Shown here piece by piece: positions 36,501 through 49,372 of a DNA stretch of 64,000 bases. The first letter of the stretch is position 1. Every line of letters starts with the position of its first letter. The notes below the pieces were generated by a model. The model was not told where the DNA came from, ran no database searches, and worked only from the letters and a program-made list of their open reading frames with translations. The position numbers and the translations under genes are program-made. This DNA comes from Tubulanus polymorphus (lineage: Eukaryota; Animalia; Nemertea): assembly GCF_964204645.1 (NCBI RefSeq), contig NC_134032.1, forward strand, positions 8,420,275 to 8,484,274, in the 5' to 3' direction.

Positions 36501-39500
36501 TTTGTGCGGTCTGAAAATGTCTAAATGACGTGTTGATATTTTTTCAGATGTCCTATAGGATTTACGGGGCCGTTCTGTGAGAATAACGTCGACGATTGTA
36601 TCGGTAATAGATGTTTTACGAACGGGACGTCTGCATGCGGAGACGGCGTGAATAACTACACCTGTCACTGTAAACCAGGTCGGTGTGAGAGAACGATATT
36701 AAAAAAATAAGAAATTATCGATTGCATACGGTAAAATCCCACTATACAAAAAGAAAGGCGAGTTTGAAAAGGTTTCCTTGAGCTAGTATAGGGCGGCCAC
36801 CTAGCTGGAATTCGGGGAAAAGTCATGGGATTTTCTTTTCTCAACAATCGAGGAAGATGCAAGAGAAATTTGTTGAGATTTCAGTAAAACGTTAAGTCAG
36901 ATAGTAGTGGGATGGTAAACTAGTCGTATTTTAAGATACTAGCTTTAGCTACTAAGTTACAGTAGCTTCATCGGGTTAATGAATAATCACAGTATGGAGT
37001 GATGTATATTGAATGCAGGTTGGTCTGGCCTTTATTGCGATGTATATGACGATGAATGCACGCCGAACCCTTGTAAACATGCGGGTATTTGTCAAAGAGG
37101 CCCAGCTGGTGTAATACAGAGGTAGGACCTAAGTACTTGAAAATTATTGTGACATTCGATTGCATAAGGGGAACCGGCATTTATGATGTTAGCCATTTTC
37201 TCTGGGAAGGCCGGAGGGATACAGAGGTCTATTTCATACAGAGCTATTTTTTCGATACATTTCTGGGTAATTTGATGATTTCATGTGGGATTTATGAAAT
37301 TAGACCTCTTTTTTGGCAAAGTTTAAATTAATGACATCAATGGCAGAGTTATGGAGGCTGCCGTGTTTTCAGGGATGGTCTATAGGGGTATTTTGATGAT
37401 ATCATAGGGGGATTTGTGGAGGGAGCCATCTTTTCTGTATAGGGACAATTCGATAATATCATCGGGTCGATTAATGCTGGCAGAAACATCGAAAAAATTT
37501 CCGTCAAAATCTAAGATAATGAAGTGATGATTGTTTATATTCTTCTCCACTAGGTGTCTCTGTCATCAGGGATATACCGGCGTGAATTGTACGATAAACG
37601 TCGACGATTGTAAACCGGTTCCGCGATGCCGGAACGGAGGAACCTGCGTCGACGCGGTGAACAATTTCACTTGTAAATGTCGGCCGAATTTCAGCGGACG
37701 ACTCTGCGAAATATCGTCGCCATCGGCGAGCGGAATAACTTCGTCGTCGTCATCGAGCGTGTTGTCATCGACGAGGACAGACTCCGGTTCGGTGTTGATG
37801 ACTCAATCCACCGGTTCATCTCGGAAAATGTCGTCGATGAATTCAGTAATTTCTACTGGGAATTCCCCGCCGCTTACCGCGGCAATGTCAACGCTGACAT
37901 CGATTTCGGTTACCTCTCTCATTACAATGACAACGAGCAAAGATTCGATGTTATCAATATCGACAACATTGCCTGTTTCTATGACAATGAGCAACAATTT
38001 GACAACGATTGCGGTTACTTCATCTGTTACCATGACAACGAGCAACAAGCAGGTGTCTTCAATTAGCATGGCGATGTTTGAAAATTCAACTTCGCCTTCG
38101 TTCGTTTTTCCGTCCACCTCAATCGTAACCGTAGTAACAAGCAGAGCTTCCGAAATCATTATGACCCAGACGTACAACAGTATTACTAGTCCTCAGTCAC
38201 CATCTAGTTTACAGTCGAGGTACTATAATATTTCATCTAGTATTCCGACCACGCACACACTGTCTATTGGTAGTCGAACATATACGCTACTGCCCTCTAT
38301 CAGTGAACCGTCCGATTCATTTAACACTGCCATGCATACGCTACTGTCCTCTACTGGCACGATCATGAACTATTCGAGTCCTTCGTTTACCAGTATTAAA
38401 ACGTCTTCTATGACTGATATCGAGTCTTCCGAATTTTCATCCCGTTTTAGTTCGACACCAGCTCCCTCTATTAGTGGTTTATTGACTCAGACCGTTCTTA
38501 CCGGTACCTTATCTCCGTCCTCTGGGAGTGGAATTTTATCGTCCAACTCAGTAACCAGTTCAAATCTTCTGTCAACTAGCGTAATGACAACCTCTACTGG
38601 CTCTTCGCAAACTAGTCATCCTACAGTATCTCTAAATATTACTGCAACTCCATCTATAATGCCCTCTAGTGGCTCTTCTGGAAGTCAGTCTATAATGCCA
38701 TCTAGTGGCTCTTCTGGAACTCGGTCTATAACGCCCTCTAGTGGCTCTTCTGGAACTTGGTCTATAACGCCCTCTAGTGGCTCTTCTGAAACTCAGTCTA
38801 TAATGCCATCTAGTGGCTCTTCTGGAAGTCAGTCTATAACGCAGTCTAGTGGCTCTTCTGGAAGTCAGTCTATAACACCCTCAAGTGGCTCTTCTCAAAC
38901 TAGTCAACCTACTCTATCTTCAAATATTACTGCAACTCAGACAACGAAGCCTTCTATTGGCTCATCTCAAACTGATACCCTGACTTCCTCTTTAGATATT
39001 AGCGGGACTCTGACTATAGTGCCCTCTAGTGGCTCTTCTCAAACTTATCTTCCTTCATCATCTTCAAATATTACTGCAACTCAGACAATGAAGCCTTCTA
39101 TTGGCTTATCTCAAACTGATAACCTGACTTCCTCTTTAGATATTAGCAGGACTCTGACTATAGTGCCCTCTAGTGGCTCTTCGCAAACTTATCTTCCTTC
39201 ACCATCTTCAAATATCACTGCAACTCAGACAATAAGGCCCTCTGGTGGCTCTTCTCAAACTAATACCCAGACGCCATCTTTGAATGTCACGGTTACTCAA
39301 ATTACGTCAACTCCAATTTCCATGACAACGACACAGACTATCTCTCCATCCACCTCGACACGGATCCAGACTTCCACTGGTAAGATAAGATTTGAATTTT
39401 GAAAATTAAAAACCAACTTTCATTTCAAAAATGTGAAGAATCTTGCGGTTTTCATTGTAGTGATTCCGGATTTGTGTCTGGGTATAAATTGTCAAAACGG

Positions 39501-42500
39501 TGGTACGTGCCATGTGCTACAAGGTGGAGCCGCATGCGATTGTCCGCTACATTTTGCCGGACAATTCTGTCAAAAAGGTATGGTATACAGACAAATCCGC
39601 TTAATTCGGATCGGTTTATTTCGGATTTCGGTCTAATCCGGACAATATTGCAGTCCATGTGTTCATTAATCTAGAGGAAAATGACTTTTTTAATCCCGAT
39701 TACCCGTAAACTGGGTGTATTTTCTTGGTCCCAAATGATCCGAACTAACCCTTTCAGTGCGTTTACACCGCAGTGCGGTGTATAAATTGGTGATGGATTT
39801 TGCTAGTACACCGCACTGCAGTGTATTGATGTAATTAGTAATAAGTTTTTATCTCTATTGAAAGATGGAAGCACCTGTCAAATGTAGTGAAGTATTAGTA
39901 ACTAATGATACACCGCGCCGCGATGTAGACGCACTATAGTGGTATTCCCGTTATTCAACACACTAGGGTAGAATTTTTCAAATCGTGTCCAGCACTATAA
40001 GGTATTTATTAGCCAGCACTGAAAGAGTTAAGCGGATTGGAGTCTATTCAATAATAATATAAACCAAAAAATATCAACCAAATCTCCCGAGATCGGAGAT
40101 GACCGCCTAAATATGGATATTATTTTACCAAACTCCTAATCTTGTGGAACTATCAAATTTTCGCTTGCTTTTTCAGAAATCAGTATCATATTCCCGGCGT
40201 TTCAAGATCGTTCGTTCCTGGAAACGTCGGTTCTGCATTTTCCGCGTTCCGGTTTGAACGTATACGCAATATTCAAATCGGCGGCGCTTATGGGGACGTT
40301 GCTCTACTCGGCGGGCGATCACGATTTCGTTCACCTGTCGCTGGTCGGCGGGATTTTAGTTTTCCGAGCTACGTGCGGCGGGGGTGTTATTTCGATCGAT
40401 ATGGTTCGACTCATCGTAGATCAATTCGTAACTGTAGATTTGAAGTAAGTCTAAGTTCATTCCGCTTCGGGATCCATAATGGTAGAGACGTGAGAAAATA
40501 ACGGGCTCAGCCCATTTTGGCCTTGTTCCTCAGCGGAAACTCAAAATAACGTTAAGCTCATATTGGCCTTTTTCCACAGTGGATTATCTAGATGAAATGA
40601 GCTGATCGATCTCAAAAGACCATAAGACCAGGTAAATGAGCTGATCGATCTCACAACTTGACATACCGGTACATAAGACCATAGTCTAAGGTCATTTTCG
40701 TCCAGTTCGATATTGAGAATGAACCAGGCTCGGCATATTTGGTCCATTTCTTCGGTCAAGACTTATAGTAAGACACATTAAAGCTCATTTTGATCCTTAA
40801 ACAAATCAAGAAAATCAAAACCAGTCACTAAACAGTTTTATTAAGCAAGCCATGTATTTCTGAGTCCAGTTCTGGAGGAGTAAATTTTCCGTGGAAAAAG
40901 ACTGGGTTCAGTTTCATAAAAAGATGAACCCGAAGTTTTTAAGTTCACGGTTGCATTGTTTTCAATCTTTTAAATGACTCAAAATTATCCTGAAAATTTC
41001 CGATCATTTTCATAAATCATGATTATTATTTTCAATTTTTTTTTTACACAGTTATACCATGGTTGCGCAACAGTGTAATTTGATTTATCAAATCGGTGAC
41101 CGTGCAAAGCAGACGTCTAGCCTTACCAACTCCCGCGCTCAGCGTACCTATATCCTTGGCCGACTGAACATAGGCGGTTTGCCACCAGATGTCGCTGCTT
41201 TGCCATCTGCCGGTACGATCGTCAACTTCATCGGCTGTTTACGTCAATTGCAAATCAACGACGCGGAGATTGACGTTATTAACATGGCCACCAGGGGGCG
41301 TAATGTGTTGGAATGTAAGGATGCGATGTGTCGACATAAACCGTGTAAAAATAACGCTACTTGTGTTCAGTAAGTATTCGGTTTTATTTCTCACAGGGCT
41401 GGCTTTGGTCCCGGGGGAAATTTTGATGGGTCTCCTCGCTCGAACCCGTTTGGACCAGTTTGGCAGCGGAGACTGAAGATAAGATCGGGGGCCAGTTTCA
41501 CAAAAAGGTTTAACTTTCTAATCGATTTAAATTCTTCATTAAGTCGTTTTAAGAGTTAAGTGATCGGGGAAATGTCAGGGATGTTTTGTTTTCTTTAAGA
41601 TAGGGAATTTTTTTTCAAACCTGAAAATCAGGGAAAAGTCGGGGAAATTTGTTGAGATTGCTAGATCACGTTTAATTAAAATCAAACAGTTTTTGTCTAT
41701 GTCTGATGTATTTGACTGTGTTAATTGATTGGATTCTGGAGCAGATCAAGTCAGGGGGAAAAGCAAGTTAAGTAAAATGGGCCAACCTGTCTAACAGACA
41801 TGTAGATATAGCATGTACATGTTGACGTCGTATTTATGTTTTGGTTCTGTATTCGTATAGGGATGGAGAGAGCTGGTATTGTAGATGTCGTCCGGGCTTT
41901 ATAGGAGCATTATGCGGTGATAGCGTCTGTGATCCGAACCCCTGTCAACACGGCGGAACCTGTATTAAGTCTAACACCACCTACGTATGTTTGTGTCCGT
42001 ACGGGCGGAAAGGATTGGCTTGCGAACAAGGTATGTTCGAAGTTTTTTGTTCACCAGCGAAAATCCTGCGTGACTTTAGTGCTGTTTTAACTTCAAACAT
42101 TTGGGTCTTCAGTTCCATAGCTTGAGGTTAAACCCTTGAGAGCCGTCTCCAAGGAGGAGGGGCAAAAAATATGAACCACCCACCTTGGGATTATTATGTT
42201 CGAAAAAGAAAACAAGAATGAAATCATGAAATCATATGGAGTTGACTTATAAAGCCAATAGTATTAGATAAGATACAAGTTACCCAGAAACTTAGATCAT
42301 GCGTGAGACCCTTTTTCATTTAGCGATTAACCCTAGATACAACATATCCAAAATGCAACGGCAACTAACCCATTGTAATTTGGGAGTTGGAGTTTGAGTT
42401 TTAGCCGAGTATTTGAGTCCAGAACCATTGTCGCCTATGGCTTGTCCATTCTTTGCTATCGAAATTTTCTTCGGAAATTTTGAATGAAATGACAACATTT

Positions 42501-45500
42501 TTTTGTTGCAGCTGCGAATATAACCAAACCTTCGTTCAGCGGTATCCGATATAATCATACGTCATTTCTGGTGTACGACGGGTTAACATCTGCCGGGTCG
42601 TACACCGAATTCATGTTTAACTTCACCTTGAGCAACGACTCTACCGTGATTGACGACGCGCTGATGATGTTTATAGGGGAAAAAGGTGATTTGTTACCCT
42701 TTGAGTGCTGATTGATTAATAATACCTAATAGGTGATGGACATAATTTGAAAATTTCTGAAAATTCCACCCCAGTGTGTTGAATAACAGACATACAGCTA
42801 CAGTGCGTCTACACCTAGGTGGGGTGTATCATTAGTTACCGGTATTAATTATCTTACTGTGTTTGACAGGTGCTGCACGATCTTTCATCGGAGATAAAAA
42901 CTAATTATGGTGTATTAGCAAAGCCCATCAATTTAATATACACCACACTGCAGTGTACTCACACGGAAAGGGTTGAAGAGAATCGTTAAGGGATAAAAAC
43001 CATTCGAATAAGTTGCAGGGCCGGTTGAAAAATTTCAATTATCATTTCAGATGGCGATTATTTGTCACTAGGTTTGAAAAGTGGTTATCTAGTGTTTCAC
43101 TACGACCTCGGCTCGGGTATGTTGGGTGAATGTATCAAGGCCTATATACTTCCCGCTTATTTCAATTTAAGAAATTGATTTAATGAAACAACAACCCGTG
43201 ATGTTAGAAATCTAATTCTAAAAGGGGCCTTATATCGCATTGGCCTCAGAAGTTTATCAAGTTAAACCTAAAGCCACATAGGATGAAAAGCCTCTTGCCT
43301 AATGTCTATACCATTCCATTCCTATTCCAGGCCTATACACGGTTTGACAAATGATCACATATCTACACAGGAGTGTTAGAACTTTTGACTATAGCAGTAG
43401 GCCAATAGGATAAAGGATTCTATGCAGGCCTCTTAAATCCCACTAAGGCCTATCCTATTGATATATCTAGATGCCTATACATATGATAGAATAAGAAATG
43501 CCTACATAGGCCTAATTTGAAGTGCTTTCATATTCTATTCAGCAATAGGCCTACTGAATCCTGTTCACCATCTCGCATCTTATCTGGCAATGAAGGTGTT
43601 AACCCACCCCATTGCAAAATGAATGTATTAGAATTATTAGAATTATTTCTTAAGTATCACCTTCTTGATACTGGCTAAAAGTTTTGTTCTCGATAAATTT
43701 AAAATTTTAAAATTTAGATTTTTAATTTTGAAAATTCTTAATTTGTTTCAGGGAGTAGCGCCATCTATAGTGAGAAACCGATTGATACTCGTGTGGCGGT
43801 TCACTCGGTGCATGCGGGTCGAGCAGGTCGAGACGGCTGGTTAAAACTGGATGACCAGATGTCGGTATCCGGTCGATCTCAAGGTCGTCTGACCGGTTTG
43901 AACGTACCGGGTGAACTGTACGTCGGCGGACACGACCTGATGACCTTGACACCTTCACGATTGAAGTACAATCAAACGTTCTCAGGTCAGTTTGAAATGT
44001 TTGTGAGATATTGATGATATTCGATGGACATTCACCTAAGGCAAAGCCTATGTATGCGATTGTCAGAAGCATCTGTTCTGATTTAGCCATGTTTTAAGCG
44101 GAACTATAGGTTTAGAAATTTGGATTAATTGCTGCAAAACATGAGAGATGCTGCTGACGTGGTATTTAGTATGACGAGATGTATTCTATCGTCATCATCA
44201 TTGCCCTTTCAAATCGACAAATTCAGGCGGAACCATCAATTACCGGGTCTGTCTTGATGAGAAATTTCTTTCTGATTCACTACCTGTATTCATCATAGTA
44301 ATCGGTAAGTTTGATACGATTCATATCGACAAATTTTTCTCATCTACGCAGGTTGTATTTTCGATGTGGTCGTTCGCATGAGCGCGAAATTCCGATTCCG
44401 CGCGCCCGGGCAACCGGTCGGTAAAGTCGCTACCGGGCGCAACGTACATCAATGCAGCGTCGCCGAGTGCTCGCCTACGAACCCTTGCTCGAATGGAGGA
44501 CGTTGCGTCGATCTGGGAGCGACATTCCGTTGCGATTGCGTCGACCGTTGGACCGGTCCGCTCTGTCGCGCCGCCCGGTCTAACCCGTGTCAAACGCCGG
44601 CGACGAATCGCTGTTCTCCCGACTCGACTTGTTCGCCGACGCCGTCTGGTGGATACGTGTGTCACTGCCCGATCAGAAAACAAGGGATTTACTGCGATAA
44701 AGGTAGATATTACATTGAATTGTTCTTGAACTACTCGATTTAATCTAGCGTAGAACTTTGAATACTACGAGGTTAATCCAACTATAATTTCTTGCTGAGT
44801 TATTCGTTTTCGATGATTTGTTCTTTTTCAATGAAATTTGAACTGGATTTTTAGGCTCCCAAATTCGAATAAATCATTAACTCTTCAACTTTACGGCCAA
44901 CAATGGCCGCTGCCAAGCCGACGTCCCGGAGCACCTCTTACACATATTTCAAGCTGAGGTATTAGCTATACATTGGGTACATAAAATGGCTTACCTGTGC
45001 GGATAGATTTTACATGAACTCTTCATAGTATGAATCTCTTTAGTGTTTCCACAAAAATGAATACTTTCAAGTAGACACATGAAGTTGCCAGGAAAGTTGA
45101 TATTCAGGGTTTTCTGCTGCTTTCGTAGAAATCCTGTTGTTATTCTGCAGAGTATCAATAGGGTTTTTGACATATGGTCAGAAAACATGATTGTATTCTT
45201 TGTGATTATTATGTCACCCGGTGGGATGACATCCTATGTTAATCAACATGCGCTGTGCACTTACCCTTATAAGCGCTGCTAGTGATTCAAATTATGTGCG
45301 ATTTTCTTTATAGTTGGGAGGTCCAGGGATGAAATTTATCGATAATCAGCTTTCACGCTCATCCAATATGGCCGCCAGGGTGGATATCTTCTCTATAATT
45401 TCTTGTTAGCTCTTGTTGGGTCATCTGTGCTTTAATTTTCTAATCGATGAAAATAAATCAACTTTTCATGTACCGTAAATCAAAATCATCTTAGAAATAT

Positions 45501-48500
45501 TACTTTTTTTTATGATGGTCATTTGATTGTATCTTGCTCATCTGCTTCAAAGTTGAAAAAAAAGGAAAATGAACTTATTTTGAATGAAAGATTTGACCGA
45601 TTCGACATGTAGTTTGACTGACACCAGGGCGAAAGTTGCACAGTCATGCCAGTCGTCCAAAAGCTGTTTTGAATTTTAAGCTCAGTCTTAATTTGTAAGG
45701 CTTCGCTTCGGAGCTATAACAGTCTTGGACTGTTAAGGTTTTTCGCAGTCAAAACTGGTGTTTGAAAACTTAATATTTTTATCGTTGTTTTTTGCAGATC
45801 TGTTGCTAGGCAATCCGGATTTTATCGGCGAGAAATCGTATTTGTCGTTTAAATCGCGTATGATCAGGAACGGCACGGATATCCGTGTTTCGTTTCGTCC
45901 ACGAGTTCAAACCGGGATTCTCGTCTACGTTGCTCAACACCAGAGTTCAAGGTCGGGAGACTTTTTGTCGATTTCGTTGACGCGAGGGTTCGTTCAGCTA
46001 CGTTACAATCTAGGAGCCAATACAGCGGTATTACAGAGTTCTGAACCAATAAATGTTGGAGGTAAGTACAAAAAGACAAGCTACTGTAGCAGTGTGCAGT
46101 AGAATATCAAGTACTGTTGCAAAAGAGGATTCCATTTGTGACAAGTGAGGATCCACCAGGTGTGCTAGTGTGCAGTAGGACAACAACTACTGTTACAAAA
46201 GAGGATTCCATTTGTGGCAAGTGAGGATCCACCAGGTGTGTTAGTGTGCAGTAGGACAACAACTACTGTTGCATAAGAGGATTCCATTTGTGGCAAGTGA
46301 GGATCGACCGGTTGTGCTAGTGTGCAGTAGGACAACAACTACTGTTGCAAAAGAGGATTCCATTTGTGGCAAGTGAGGATCTACCAGATGTGCTAGTGTG
46401 CAGTAGGACAACAACTACTGTTGCAAAAGAGGATTCCATTTGTGGCAAGTGAGGATCCACCAGGTGTGCTAGTGTGCAGTAGGATATTAACTATTGTTGC
46501 AGAAAACATCTACTTGTGGGAAGTGAGAATTCCACCTGTGGCAAGTAAGGATCCACCAGGTGTGCTAGTGCTTGTGCGCAGTAGGACTTTGACTACTGTG
46601 GCAATCGAGGATTCCACTTTTCCGCTTGTAGCAAATGAGGCTAGTGTGCAGTAGGATATCCAACCTGATGGTATCAAAACTGGCTAAAATTGATAATATC
46701 CAAGCAGCACAGCTACCCGAGCACTCTAGCTAATGATACAGGGTTTCGTGCTGTGTTGGGGTCTCGGGTTCAAATCCTGCTGCGGGAGGATGCATCAACT
46801 GTGGCAAGGAGGATTTGTTGTCGCTAGTTGTAATTACCTTGTGGGCCCTTCAATTTCTTCTGCATTTCATTTACCGGTAAAATCGACACAAAATCTGCAA
46901 TTGATCCTAAGATCTTCTTATTCAGAATGGCACTCAGTAAAAGCCGGTAGAAAACTAAATGAAGGATACCTTCAAGTTAATAACCTGACTATCGTCACCG
47001 GACTGTCTTCTGGATCTATGGTGATGTTGGACACCACAACTAATATCTATTTAGGTATGTATTCAATCAAGCTTTTGTCTGACTTAAAAAGAATTAGAAT
47101 AATCAAGAAAATGAATAACAACTGATTTACAAATCCTCCCAAATCCCCCTATGACATCATCAACTGCCTAACGTACTAGTAATTGGATCATGGTACAGCT
47201 ATGTTTTCAGTCACTCATTAAGCGTTAATTAGGGTTTTCTGACCTTCATTAGAAACCTCTTGTCATTCTGTTGATTATTGTAACTTTCTGCTGCTTATGC
47301 AGAAACCCTCTAGTCATTCTGCCGATTATTATTATTAGGATTTTTGCTGCTTCCATGTACTTGTTACGTAGTAGCCCTTATAGATCCACATATCCAGGAT
47401 ATGTGTTGACCCCTAGGTGGCGTTCCTTCAAAAAAAAGTCTCAATTATAATTTCGATGAAATCTTTGTATGATCCTAGTACGTACAAAATTTAATCCAGC
47501 AAGGCAGAAACCTGCTATTGCTGCTTAGCAGCTATATTTATTATCTCGGGCGAAGCCCGAGATGTTGTAATGGGTCCAAAAATCGTATTTTTGCTAACAA
47601 ATGAGGTTATCCCTTTGACACGAAGTCATGCAATCTACTATGTTTATGTGCAAAATGTAGCTTCATCATGCGGCTAAAATCTGTTGGAAATGGAATTTTG
47701 AATATCGCGTTCATTTAAGAGAAATCGACGAAATTTGTGGCGATTTTTAAAGAAATTTCAAGGAGCATTTTGTTTCATAAAACGGCTAGAAGGCCGATGT
47801 ACAACGTTACATTGAAGTAAAATAACTGCTCCGTGCGGTTGGCTGAGCTCCTGCTGTCAATCAATGAAAGGGCATATTCGATTGACGCAGACAGACCGGT
47901 CTTTTAATCTTCTCATTAATCTGCTCGGTTCTAGTTTCTCATTTCCCAGTCTTGGGAGAGTCTTATATGTTTATTTTTAATTTGATAGCCGTAGTATTGA
48001 TTCCGTCTCCCCATATCTATTTCATTATGCAAATAACCGAAGATTCAATTGATACGCTACTTCACGGAAGATTATGCGCGCACAATCGAATAGGCCCAAA
48101 CCTCGTGTATTGCCGCGATGATTGCTGATTAGATTTCAATGATGTTGTTCACCGAAATCAGCAGATTTTACACATCCATGAAGTGTTCAAGGAAAACCTT
48201 AAAGATGCATCAATCAGATGGCGCCTATATATTACAAAGATAACATTCTGCGCCCGAGATATTAAGATCCGTGGATATCTTGTTATTTCTTTCCCCTTTC
48301 CAACCCAAAAAATGTCAAAAGGTCTATCTTCTCTTAGATTTGACTTCTAACAGCTTGTAAATGTAATGCTGAATTCGCACGGATATATAACTTTCCTTCT
48401 AACCATTTCAAATCTCTGTGTGGTAATGTCCTTCGAATAAGTCTTGTGAAAACAAATACCCAGAACAGCCAATTAAAATGTATGTAGGCCTAATTTGATA

Positions 48501-49332
48501 TCTAAGCAACATGTAATAGCTAGCTTTTTGTCCAGCCTAGTGATAAGACCCGATAGCGCAGTAGATAGTGTCAATAAATGGTGGTGCGCAGTGGGAGGCC
48601 CCTTTGGCGCGTAATCTCAAACTCTAGCGGGGTTACAGATCAGTCGACAGGAAAGATATTCTAAAAATTTCAACGCAGACTAAAATTGCAAATAACGCTC
48701 TTTAACCTCAGTAAAGATGCGAAATCTAGCTTTAATAACCGCTAAGATATTTCAAAATCTATAAAAATCGCATTTTTTATGTGCGGTTGAAATATGCGGA
48801 CCTTGGTTTCACATCGTCACTGCTCTTAATTGTTGCGTTCAAAAAATCCAAGAATCACTGACAAATATCTGCATTTCATTTCCTTTAAAATGGTCTATAA
48901 ATGAAGTTAATCAAGCAAGGGACTGCAGAGTTATTTGATATTCAATCAAGGCTTACGTTTTTAAAATGAGCGCAAATTATCGCAACAATGGGGACCTCGA
49001 GGGACTGCCACAAAATGGCGCCTAGAAACTGGAAAATTCTTTATCGTCTAGTTGGCATATAACTTTCAATCATGTCCTTTAGGTATTGTGGCGCTTAATC
49101 ATGAGCATAGATTTCGAGTCCTGCAGGTCATTGTTACCGGAATCGGTTTTGTAACTTTCTTTTCCGCGCTCCTACTCAAGGCCCCCGGAAGCTATTTTCT
49201 TCAGCGACATTCTAGTTTTGAAATGTTTACACTTTTCCCGAAAGTTTTCTTTTTTACTTATATGAAAGAATATCTGTAAAATGACGTACACTCACTGGTA
49301 TCGAAGAACATGACTCAGACTGGTGAAGTCTG

Positions 49333-49372
<40 letters not shown>

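Noticed and set aside
46091-46660. CRISPR-like regular array and ORF 46421-46654
   Set aside because: Units are contiguous with no unique spacers, the context is a eukaryotic intron, and there are no cas genes.
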